DNA of 60,597 nt from Leptospirales bacterium. Lineage in GTDB: Bacteria; Spirochaetota; Leptospiria; Turneriellales; JAOUFE01. Of the stretch, positions 39,987-47,607 are shown one piece after another (position 1 is the stretch's first letter; the number at the start of each line of letters is the position of its first letter). Under the pieces are notes generated by a model. That model was not told where the DNA came from. It made no database searches and saw nothing but the letters and a program-made list of their open reading frames with translations. The position numbers and the translations under genes are program-made. The DNA lies in assembly GCA_040326155.1 (NCBI GenBank), contig JBEQLE010000020.1:1-60597 (forward strand), in the 5' to 3' direction.

Positions 39987-40703
39987 TTAGCTAGCGTCTC
40001 CTTGATCCGTTAAAAGCATTGAAACAGTTTCATTCACAACAGATCCATTCTTTAATTTAAAAGATACAACCTTAATATAGGTAAAATAAGCTAAATCATT
40101 CGTATATTGTACACTGCAATAGCTTTCTCTTTTATTGAGATCGTAACAATAAATATTTGTTTTTACTTTAAATGTGCCAATCGGTGTTTGAATAGCGTTT
40201 TTGTTGTATCTTTTGATTATTCGGATGTCTTTAATTTTATATGAATCGAATTTAGGTATATCCTTTGGGGGATCATTATTAGTTAATACGTTTAGTTTTT
40301 TAACATCATTTGTCTTTGTGTCGACCAAAGTTGATTTTTGTACGAAACCATCAATGTCTGTGTAAAAGTTAATACGCAAGTCGATTAATTGTTTTCCCAC
40401 CTGATACTTTGGAATCAAATAGCTCAGTTCAATATGGTAAATACCGTTTACTATCGAAATAAGCTTTAATTGTATTGTACCCGAAAATGGAAGATAGGAT
40501 TCCCCTTGATTTTTATAAATGGCAAAATGACCAGGTTTGACATTTTTATTAAATAAGATTCTACTAGACACATACGAATAATTCATATAAAACTGTTCTT
40601 TATATTGGTTAGCTTCTTCTACCGAATTGGACATTGAATTGAGCGGATGCAAAAAAAGTGCAATGGTGCCAAGGACGATTAATCTAATGGTTATTGTTTT
40701 CAT
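39987..40703 (-). CDS. Hypothetical exported protein
   Basis: N-terminal signal-like segment, 238-aa ORF, AT-rich. Confidence 0.7.
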   Translation of the reverse strand: MKTITIRLIVLGTIALFLHPLNSMSNSVEEANQYKEQFYMNYSYVSSRILFNKNVKPGHFAIYKNQGESYLPFSGTIQLKLISIVNGIYHIELSYLIPKYQVGKQLIDLRINFYTDIDGFVQKSTLVDTKTNDVKKLNVLTNNDPPKDIPKFDSYKIKDIRIIKRYNKNAIQTPIGTFKVKTNIYCYDLNKRESYCSVQYTNDLAYFTYIKVVSFKLKNGSVVNETVSMLLTDQGDAS

Positions 40704-40813
40704 GGATAACTATAAAATACGGTATCTATTTGTAAAAAACTTTTAGCCAATATTTCAGATAACATTTCAAGTTTATCTAACGTTTTGGTGGGGTGAATCG
40801 ACCCGCCAGGTGA

Positions 40814-41143
40814 TCACAATACTAAAAAGCTACTTTTGCTATCCTCACTAAAAGCCTCAATTGTATTTTTGTTGGTCAGTAGCAAATTTATTATATCGTC
40901 AGTGCTGCAATTTCCAATGGTAATCCAAATTACTTTAGGTGGAGAACCGAATTACAAACTTTTGTGGTGAAAGTCAGAGTCTTTGCTTGTGATTATAAGT
41001 TTGTTTTCTTTTGCGTAGTTCCAGATTTCTTGGTCATTAGCTTTTTGTAGAGTTACGTCCCTAACATGTATTGAATTTGGGTAGCTATCAATAATTTCAG
41101 ATTTCACCCTTGGAGAAAGGTTTTCATCAAGTAATAGACCCAT
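40814..41143 (-). pseudogene. DUF5615 PIN-like toxin interrupted by an in-frame TAA
   Basis: LLLDENLS...ITSKDSDFHHKSL*FGSPPKVIWITIGNCSTDDIINLL...; the frame continues to TGA at 40814. Confidence 0.85.
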
Positions 41144-41364
41144 TAAGAAATCGCAAAAATCTTACGTTCCCGGTCGGCGGCGAAAGAAAGGGAAGCTTTA
41201 ATATCATCCTCATTCAAATCAGGAAAGTCATCCGTAATTTCTTTAATACTCATGCCAGATGCAAGATAGTCCAAAATATCAGAAACAGTGATCCTTAACC
41301 CCCGGATACAAGGTTTTCCGCCCATTTTACCAGGTTCAATTGTGATGATCTTTGTATAATCCAT
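41143..41364 (-). CDS. DUF433-family antitoxin
   Basis: ITIEPGKMGGKPCIRGLRITVSDIL...DFPDL..DDIKASL. Confidence 0.93.
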   Translation of the reverse strand: MDYTKIITIEPGKMGGKPCIRGLRITVSDILDYLASGMSIKEITDDFPDLNEDDIKASLSFAADRERKIFAIS

Positions 41365-41564
41365 ACTGTAAGAACAATATAGTAAAGATTAATCGATAGA
41401 ACAAGCAATATTTATATTTTGAGAAAGGGGTCAATAATGAATGCTACTCGACTCGGTTTCTCATTTTTCCCGGAACTAACTTTGAAGTTTTTTTTTTCTA
41501 CTGTAAAACAGAAGCAAGAATTGTTACAGGGGAGTAATTCCATTCAAAAATATTACAGCAGAGT

Positions 41565-42155
41565 CTATTTCTCTTCACACTTGAGCTCCCCATCGCAACC
41601 AAACGAAACGTCGCAATCATGTAACATAATCGTCTTCATTCTTTTTCGCGCTCTATGCAGTCGAACTTTGGCAGTACTCACAGTCGTTTTTATTTGATCT
41701 GCAATATCCTGCAAATTCATTTTTTCAAAATAATGTAGATATAAAATGTGCGAATATTGTTCTGGCAAGGTATTTACCTTTTCGATAATGCACCCTTTTT
41801 GCTCTTTTTCTGTTGCCAGTTGTTCTGGAGACTCTGATCGTTCATCAACTAAATTTTCAAAAAATCCATCTTCGGTGGTTGTCTCTTTTTTTCTGCGGTA
41901 ATGGTCGGCGATTGTATTCGAGACGATTCGAAATACCCAGCTTGAAAATCCAGATTCTCCGCGAAACGTTTCATGTTTATTGAATATTTTTTCAAGTGAT
42001 TCTTGAACAATATCTTCGACATCTTCGGGTCGCGCAATTCGGCGAACATAAGCAGCGATTCGTGGTCTGTAACTAACGGCGATATCGACAAGGTTCGCTT
42101 TTTCGTTAGAAAGATTTTCCGTAAGTTGTATCTCTTCAATTGTTTGATTTGTCAT
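41565..42155 (-). CDS. ECF sigma-70 factor with Cys-rich C-terminal tail
   Basis: EDIVQE, FRGESGFSSWVFRI..NTIADHYR (region 2), TVSTAKVRLHRAR (region 4), tail CDVSFGCDGELKC. Confidence 0.92.
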   Translation of the reverse strand: MTNQTIEEIQLTENLSNEKANLVDIAVSYRPRIAAYVRRIARPEDVEDIVQESLEKIFNKHETFRGESGFSSWVFRIVSNTIADHYRRKKETTTEDGFFENLVDERSESPEQLATEKEQKGCIIEKVNTLPEQYSHILYLHYFEKMNLQDIADQIKTTVSTAKVRLHRARKRMKTIMLHDCDVSFGCDGELKCEEK

Positions 42156-42396
42156 TGGTTTCACCATTTTTTGTATGTTGCGGAGTATTTTGCAAACCCG
42201 CACAGTATTTGTCCATCATGTTTTTACACTGGGTCATCGAAAGAGGCATTGTATGAGGTATGTTCAGCGGCGTCTGTTGATCTTTACTCAGGCAAAAATC
42301 CATCATGTGTTTAAACGATTGTTCCATCATTTTCGACATGCCCTTTGAAAATTCTGTATCATCGCGGCAGCAGGAACCTTTTGTATTTTCTTCCAT
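42136..42396 (-). CDS. Small Met/Cys-rich protein
   Basis: Starts 2 nt after the cytochrome stop with an AAGGA RBS; SCC, MM, MMDFC, KNMMDKYC; paralogous fragment at 44927-45085. Confidence 0.75.
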   Translation of the reverse strand: MEENTKGSCCRDDTEFSKGMSKMMEQSFKHMMDFCLSKDQQTPLNIPHTMPLSMTQCKNMMDKYCAGLQNTPQHTKNGETNDKSNN

Positions 42397-42398
42397 GG

Positions 42399-43460
42399 TT
42401 AATTTTCCTTTTTTGTTATTCTTTTATATATATCAACGATGTCAGAGCTTTTCCAATGAGCCTTGTCGATGTCGCCTTTATGTTCATCGGAGACTTCATA
42501 CTGGTTCAGAATAATGCGAATTTCTGATAACTCACTTTGTATAGTCTCAGAAATATCGAAAGTGATCGTACGTGTCTCGTTGGGTTTTAGCCGTGAGTCA
42601 GACAATAGCTTCTTGGGCATCAGTCCAAACATGAGTGAAAACTCCCTGTTAAATTTTTCAACATCTGTATGAATTACTTTCCCCTGATGATCGAGATATT
42701 CTATCTGTAAGGCCAAGACACGGGTTGGTCCGCCGGCAGGAATATAATGACCCGAGACTAAATTGTGAATTTGCAGAGATACTTTTTTTAAATCGACTTG
42801 AACATGGTCGATCGTGATACGGTTTTTGTACAGGTCGATATTGCGCACGGTTGTTTTAAACCCATGAGAAGATAAACCGGAATCAGCTTTAGACATGTGG
42901 CAGTTTTGGCAGGTTTTTCCTGACTTGGCGGCAGGGCTGTTTTTCCAGTCGTTGTAAGTATTTACCATATAATCTCCCGACATGGGGTTTTTAATGGAAT
43001 GGCAATTTGCACAAAACGATTCACTTTTTAAGTTGGATAAATTTGGGGAGAATTTATCTTTATGCACTTGCATGATCTCTTCTTCCGGCGATGCCGTACC
43101 ATGGCAGGTTTCACAATCGACGCCATTTTCGTCAGGACCGTGACAAGAGACGCACATCTGTGTTCCCATCATGGAATTTAACATTGTATTGTTTTCAAAT
43201 TTATGTAAAAAGTTATTATACGATTCCGATGATTTTGCGACGGCATGCCTTGACCTGTTTTGCCATTGCGCGTAAATTTCGCCATGGCAGGTTTTGCATG
43301 TTTGAGCTGTGCTTCGTGCGCCCGTTTCAAATTTCGGCGCTTTCATCTTTTTCATATCATCCATCATCTCGCATTGGTTCAAACCAAATATACAAAGAAG
43401 TGTAATAAAGATTGTAAAAAACAGGGGAGAGCGTTTGTTCATTCTAGTTGTGTGGTTCAT
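42399..43460 (-). CDS. Pentaheme c-type cytochrome (c554-like), probable lipoprotein
   Basis: Five CxxCH motifs (CKTCH, CVSCH, CETCH, CANCH, CQNCH), GHYIPAG..R motif, signal peptide ending LNQ-C. Confidence 0.9.
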   Translation of the reverse strand: MNHTTRMNKRSPLFFTIFITLLCIFGLNQCEMMDDMKKMKAPKFETGARSTAQTCKTCHGEIYAQWQNRSRHAVAKSSESYNNFLHKFENNTMLNSMMGTQMCVSCHGPDENGVDCETCHGTASPEEEIMQVHKDKFSPNLSNLKSESFCANCHSIKNPMSGDYMVNTYNDWKNSPAAKSGKTCQNCHMSKADSGLSSHGFKTTVRNIDLYKNRITIDHVQVDLKKVSLQIHNLVSGHYIPAGGPTRVLALQIEYLDHQGKVIHTDVEKFNREFSLMFGLMPKKLLSDSRLKPNETRTITFDISETIQSELSEIRIILNQYEVSDEHKGDIDKAHWKSSDIVDIYKRITKKEN

Positions 43461-43467
43461 TATAGAA

Positions 43468-43494
43468 AGACGTTTGGCAACAGAAAAGGTTACA
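43468..43494 (-). promoter_or_regulatory. ECF-type promoter (leaderless) for the cytochrome-microprotein-sigma operon
   Basis: TGTAAC-17 nt-GTCT-7 nt-ATG on the minus strand. Confidence 0.65.
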
Positions 43495-43589
43495 TCTTTT
43501 TAACAAAAAAACGACACTCTATAAAAACATTTTTTATTTCTTATAAAGCGCCGCATTAAAATTTTTTAAAGATTACCGATAGATTAATT

Positions 43590-43865
43590 TTAAGGACAAC
43601 ATTCGCTACCTTCCGGGCAACATCTTTCTTCTTCAACCTCGCCAAAAAGATCTTTCGCATAACCTTGTGTTTTTTGCGAAGCGCCTGATTTTACACCCTC
43701 GGCGACTTGAATGGCTGCATGCATTTCCGTTTGGCTCAGCCCTGCCTGTATCGCTAATTTCTTATGGTACTCCATGCAAAATTTGCAGTTAATCGCATAA
43801 GCGACACCCAGAGCAATCATCTCTTTTGTCTTAATATCCATTGTAGTTTTTTCTTTTGTTTCCAT
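43590..43865 (-). CDS. Carboxymuconolactone decarboxylase/AhpD-family protein with Cys-rich tail
   Basis: KTKEMIALGVAYAINCKFCMEYH; tail CCPEGSECCP. Confidence 0.88.
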   Translation of the reverse strand: METKEKTTMDIKTKEMIALGVAYAINCKFCMEYHKKLAIQAGLSQTEMHAAIQVAEGVKSGASQKTQGYAKDLFGEVEEERCCPEGSECCP

Positions 43866-43872
43866 ATTGTAT

Positions 43873-43900
43873 AGACTGTTTCGGGTATAAAAAAGTTACA
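43873..43900 (-). promoter_or_regulatory. ECF-type promoter (leaderless) for the CMD gene
   Basis: TGTAAC-18 nt-GTCT-7 nt-ATG on the minus strand; same geometry as 43468-43494. Confidence 0.65.
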
Positions 43901-43966
43901 GGTATTCGTTATTTTTTTATATTTAAATTACATTTAAATTATTTTTCAATTTGAATCAGATTCAGG

Positions 43967-44016
43967 AGGGGGAAAAGTCCCCCTGACTCCGGCCACGCAT
44001 AGCCTCCATCACCCCC
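43967..44016 (-). repeat. Structured intergenic element E4 (minimal family member)
   Basis: Minus strand GGGGGTGATGGAGGCTATGCGTGGCCGGAGTCAGGGGGACTTTTCCCCCT, followed by ATTCAAATTGAAA as in E1. Confidence 0.7.
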
Positions 44017-44113
44017 TTTTGTATATTTGTAATGCGAGCTATTTTTTTTTAGATATACGTATCCATTAGATGTGGTTATGGCGATTATTATCAATGACGT
44101 ACCGAAGAATAAG

Positions 44114-44160
44114 TAGTTGACACGGAAACTATATGTGCCTATTAGATTCCATGGAAACTA
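44114..44160. promoter_or_regulatory. Two 18-bp imperfect palindromes (MarR-type operator candidates) overlapping TTGACA and an ATG
   Basis: TAGTTGACACGGAAACTA (44114-44131) and TAGATTCCATGGAAACTA (44143-44160). Confidence 0.55.
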
Positions 44161-44279
44161 ATTATGATAAAAATCATTCGGTTAATTCCCTATTAAGAGA
44201 TTTACTGCGAACCGGTGCCAATCTTGAAAAATTTTACAATGCGGTTTCTATGATCTCTAAAACAATATTCCGCAAATAG
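44151..44279 (+). pseudogene. Possible remnant of a transcriptional regulator (MarR-like N-terminus)
   Basis: 42-aa ORF METNYDKNHSVNSLLRDLLRTGANLEKFYN... starting inside the palindrome and ending just before the cupin gene. Confidence 0.35.
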
Positions 44280-44310
44280 ATTTTGAATATCGCATCATGG
44301 AGAAAATATA

Positions 44311-44613
44311 ATGAAAGCAAGTGTTATCAAAACTGAGTCAATATTAAACAAGGCCGGCAATAAAGAATTTACAAATGTATATCAGGCAGGTTCTTTGCAT
44401 ATAGCCGCGCAAAAAATTGACGGCGATCATCTTTTCAAACACATCAACGATACGGCAAACGAATATATCGTCGTACTCAGCGGTAATTTTTCTATTTGGA
44501 CAGAATCGGGAGTGTGTGAAGGTACATCGGGAGATATTATTTGCATACCACAGGGCTTGGAACATGGAAACATTAAAGGCAACGATGCAAGAATTCTGAT
44601 CTTAGAAAATTAA
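44311..44613 (+). CDS. Cupin-domain protein
   Basis: H..D...EYIVVLSG and GDIICIPQGLEH motifs. Confidence 0.85.
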   Translation: MKASVIKTESILNKAGNKEFTNVYQAGSLHIAAQKIDGDHLFKHINDTANEYIVVLSGNFSIWTESGVCEGTSGDIICIPQGLEHGNIKGNDARILILEN

Positions 44614-44631
44614 GGAAGGAAAACCATTGCA

Positions 44632-44889
44632 ATGACCAAAACAAAAATAGCATTTTTCTATTTCATGAAATCAGAAATAGAAAACTTAAAGAATATAATC
44701 GAGGAACACGTAAACTACTGGCATAACGCCAATCTTGTGGAATACAAAGGCGGTCCATTTAGCGATAGAAGCGGCGGTCTTATTCTGTTTTCCATTGGTT
44801 CAATGGAGGAAGCATTGGATATTATTAATAACGACCCTTTTATCACAAAAAATTGTCTGGAGAAAAAGTGGATTAAAGAATGGATGTAA
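44632..44889 (+). CDS. YciI-family protein
   Basis: EHVNYW, GGPFSDRSGGLILF, NDPF motifs. Confidence 0.85.
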   Translation: MTKTKIAFFYFMKSEIENLKNIIEEHVNYWHNANLVEYKGGPFSDRSGGLILFSIGSMEEALDIINNDPFITKNCLEKKWIKEWM

Positions 44890-44893
44890 AAGC

Positions 44894-44916
44894 GGCGACC
44901 CCTTGTATAGGTCGCC
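44894..44916. terminator. GC-rich hairpin between convergent genes
   Basis: GGCGACC-ccttgtata-GGTCGCC. Confidence 0.5.
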
Positions 44917-44926
44917 ACGAAATTTG

Positions 44927-45085
44927 TTAAACTGTTTTTTCATCTGGTGAATTTTGCACACCGGAACAACAATTGGCCATCATGTTTTTCATTTCTTCCG
45001 GCATTTGGCCCATGCAAAAACCCATCATTTGAGACGGTTCCTGCGCTTTCGACTCGTCGTTACAGCCACAACCTTCATCTGTGCC
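44927..45085 (-). pseudogene. 5'-truncated Met/Cys-rich microprotein, paralog of 42136-42396
   Basis: GTDEGCGCNDESKAQEPSQMMGFCMGQMPEEMKNMMANCCSGVQNSPDEKTV*; matches MMDFC...KNMMDKYCAGLQNTP. Confidence 0.7.
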
Positions 45086-45089
45086 CCTA

Positions 45090-45123
45090 GGGCGCCGTAA
45101 AAACGAAGTTTTTAGAGGTGCCC
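45090..45123. mobile_element. 34-bp miniature inverted-repeat element / IS end scar with TA flanks
   Basis: TA-GGGCGCCGTAAAAAC-gaa-GTTTTTAGAGGTGCCC-TA; resembles IS5-family-type terminal inverted repeats (recalled, not searched). Confidence 0.6.
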
Positions 45124-45180
45124 TAAACTTTTATTATTTACAGTTCTATAAATTATCATTGACGATTTATATTGTCATAT

Positions 45181-45204
45181 ATAGTGAACCACATGGTTCA
45201 CTAT
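45181..45204. promoter_or_regulatory. Perfect palindrome (11-bp arms) over the ArsR start codon, probable autoregulatory operator
   Basis: ATAGTGAACCA-ca-TGGTTCACTAT; TTGACG upstream at 45159. Confidence 0.75.
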
Positions 45205-45552
45205 TCAAAGGCGAATTTAGATAACATCTTTTTTGCCTTATCAGATTCAGTCAGAAGAGAAATATTAACTTTATTATTAAGAAGTGAAATTAATATAAAA
45301 AATATTTCGACTCATTTCCAAATTACCTTGCAGGGTGTTATTAAACATATAAAGATATTAGAACGGGCCAACCTGGTGCAAAAAGAAAAAATTGGTAGAG
45401 AAAATATTTGTCGAATAAACACCATTCCACTGACCGACGCCACTGAGTTTATAAATTACTACACCCAATTCTGGCAACACAATATCGATAACCTATCTGA
45501 TTATTTAATTTCTATGGAAAAAAAAATGGAAGGGGATAAAACAAATGGGTGA
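45193..45552 (+). CDS. ArsR/SmtB-family transcriptional regulator
   Basis: FFALSDSVRREIL, ITLQGVIKHIKILERANLV...KIGRE. Confidence 0.9.
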   Translation: MVHYSKANLDNIFFALSDSVRREILTLLLRSEINIKNISTHFQITLQGVIKHIKILERANLVQKEKIGRENICRINTIPLTDATEFINYYTQFWQHNIDNLSDYLISMEKKMEGDKTNG

Positions 45553-45985
45553 AAACACTGAAAACACTATAGAAGCGATTGTTGATAAAACGATTCCGAT
45601 TGCCATAGAAAAAGTATACGACGCCTGGTTAAATCCTGAATCATTAAAATCCTGGTTTGGGCCGCCGGGGCATGTCGTTACGAATGCCGAGTTAGATATT
45701 CGCATTGGTGGTTTTTATACCATCGCGATGCGTTCCCCTGAAAATCAAACCTATACTTTAACCGGAAAATTTATAGAGATTATTCCCATAAAAAAACTAG
45801 TGTATACCTGGCGATGGGATCAATCCGAACTTGGTGATTACGATACCGAGGTCTCAGTAGATTTCATTTCAATTTCAAATAGTACCCGTATCGTCATTCA
45901 CCATCAAAAATTTAGAACAGCAGAACATTGCGAAGGTCACAAAGTCGGATGGGAAGGCAGTATTGAAAGATTGAAATTTTTGTGA
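45545..45985 (+). CDS. SRPBCC/AHSA1-domain protein
   Basis: VYDAWLNPESLKSWFGP, DIRIGG, KLVYTWRW, GW..SIERL. Confidence 0.92.
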   Translation: MGENTENTIEAIVDKTIPIAIEKVYDAWLNPESLKSWFGPPGHVVTNAELDIRIGGFYTIAMRSPENQTYTLTGKFIEIIPIKKLVYTWRWDQSELGDYDTEVSVDFISISNSTRIVIHHQKFRTAEHCEGHKVGWEGSIERLKFL

Positions 45986-46041
45986 AATAAAAGAAGATAA
46001 TTCAAAAAGAAATAAAAATAAAATAATTACAAGGAAATAAA

Positions 46042-46926
46042 ATGAAAAATTCACAAACTGAAATTTCAAAAATAGCAAGCAAGATAAACAAAGATCTTTA
46101 CCCATTTGAATCCAATTATTTTGAAACAGAATTTGGAAAAATCCATTATGTAGACGAAGGTAAGGGTCAACCCATTGTTATGGTTCATGGAAATCCCACG
46201 TGGTCTTTTTTGTACCGACATTTTATCAATGGGTTATCAGACAAGTATCGCTGTATCGCCATTGACCATCTTGGTTTTGGATTGTCAGACAAACCAAACG
46301 ACTTCGATTATTTACCTTCTTCACACGCCGCGAACCTCGAAAAACTAATAACTCATTTAAAACTGAAAAACATTGTGTTTGTGGTTCAAGATTGGGGAGG
46401 TCCGATCGGTTTGAGTTATGCTCTGAATTTTCCAAAAAATGTTAATAAACTTGTCATAATGAATACATTTTTGTGGTCGGTTCGAGGCGATAAGCATTAT
46501 GAGTTTTTTAGTTCTTTTGTGGGCGGCAGCTTCGTTAGATTTTTAATCTTGCGATTTAATTTTTTTGCCAATGTCATTATGAAAGCAGCTTATGGAAATA
46601 AAAAATTACTTACAAAAGAAATACACCGGCACTATAAATTTCCCCTTGCTAATTCCGTAGATCGAATGGCATCCGGTGTATTCCCTCGGGAAATTATAGG
46701 CTCTTCAGATTGGCTGGCAGCACTTTGGGAAAAACGAGAGAACATAAAAGATAAACCGGCGTTGATACTATGGGGCATGAAAGATATTGCTTTCAGAGAA
46801 AAAGAATTAGATACATGGCAGAGTTTGTTCACAAATAGTAAAACGACTCAGTTTCCTGATGCGGGTCATTATTTACAAGAAGAGAGTTATGAGGCTATAT
46901 TAATTGAAATGGGAAAATTTTTGTAA
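46042..46926 (+). CDS. Haloalkane dehalogenase-like alpha/beta hydrolase
   Basis: HGNPTWSFLYR, VQDWGGPIG, WGMKD, AGHYLQEE. Confidence 0.9.
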   Translation: MKNSQTEISKIASKINKDLYPFESNYFETEFGKIHYVDEGKGQPIVMVHGNPTWSFLYRHFINGLSDKYRCIAIDHLGFGLSDKPNDFDYLPSSHAANLEKLITHLKLKNIVFVVQDWGGPIGLSYALNFPKNVNKLVIMNTFLWSVRGDKHYEFFSSFVGGSFVRFLILRFNFFANVIMKAAYGNKKLLTKEIHRHYKFPLANSVDRMASGVFPREIIGSSDWLAALWEKRENIKDKPALILWGMKDIAFREKELDTWQSLFTNSKTTQFPDAGHYLQEESYEAILIEMGKFL

Positions 46927-47133
46927 GAAAAAGATACCGACCCACAAGGACGCCGGGCTTACAAGGGCAGGCTTTCATTATATTCAATAGGTAATAGATC
47001 TTTTATCAAACTTGGCACTTTTTCTTTCGTATAACGATATAGAGTTGATGCGAAAAGCACGCAATGATGTCTTCTTATAAAAGAATGCTTACCGTGATTT
47101 TTGCATCTGCGATGTTGGACGGAGCCGCAGCTT

Positions 47134-47343
47134 TTATTTTGTACTCGTTTGCACCGAAGGGCAGGGCGTATCGCCAAAGGTACAAAATACGCAGCAATCA
47201 CCAGGGGCCGGCTTCAAATTCGTTTGGCAGGTGGGGCAGGTGAAGTTTACCACACAAGCGTTTTCGGGCATAGCTTTTCTAAACTTTGAATTGCAATTTG
47301 GACAAGTGATTGTGCTAATCGTTTTTATTATTTTCTCCGGCAT
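47134..47343 (-). CDS. GDCCVxC-domain small Cys-rich protein (69 aa)
   Basis: STITCPNC...MP.NAC....CPTC...LKP.PGDCCVFC.FG..PCP; hidden at the 3' end of the 193-aa ORF in the track. Confidence 0.88.
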   Translation of the reverse strand: MPEKIIKTISTITCPNCNSKFRKAMPENACVVNFTCPTCQTNLKPAPGDCCVFCTFGDTPCPSVQTSTK

Positions 47344-47405
47344 TCTTATTACAGTATACCTTGATGCGGAACCAGCGGCAAAAATGATTTTATTATTACG
47401 AAGTC

Positions 47406-47537
47406 GGGGGGTGTCTATCGCCACCCAGCGGGTAGTGTAGGCTCTTTGGTTTTGCCAAAAGCCGGAGCGAGGGGGGCCAGATATGTTGTATGTCCGCGAT
47501 CGTGGATATGCATTTGGTCGTCCTTTTTCGGCCCCCC
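47406..47537 (+). repeat. Structured intergenic element E5
   Basis: GGGGGGTG...GTAGGCT-[CTTTGG/CCAAAA]-GCCGGAGCGAGGGGGGCC...[hairpin]...GGCCCCCC-TTTT. Confidence 0.7.
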
Positions 47538-47607
47538 TTTTATATTGTGAATGACAATTCTTACAATTAAACTTGACACATCTACGTTTGTTTTTATTGA
47601 GTAAGGT

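Noticed and set aside
40952..40954. Stop-codon recoding or alternative genetic code
   Set aside because: The stop is TAA, and all other genes use standard stops; a nonsense mutation or sequencing error is simpler.
46959..47201. 80-aa minus-strand ORF
   Set aside because: Overlaps the GDCCVxC gene in another frame and has no motif or RBS.
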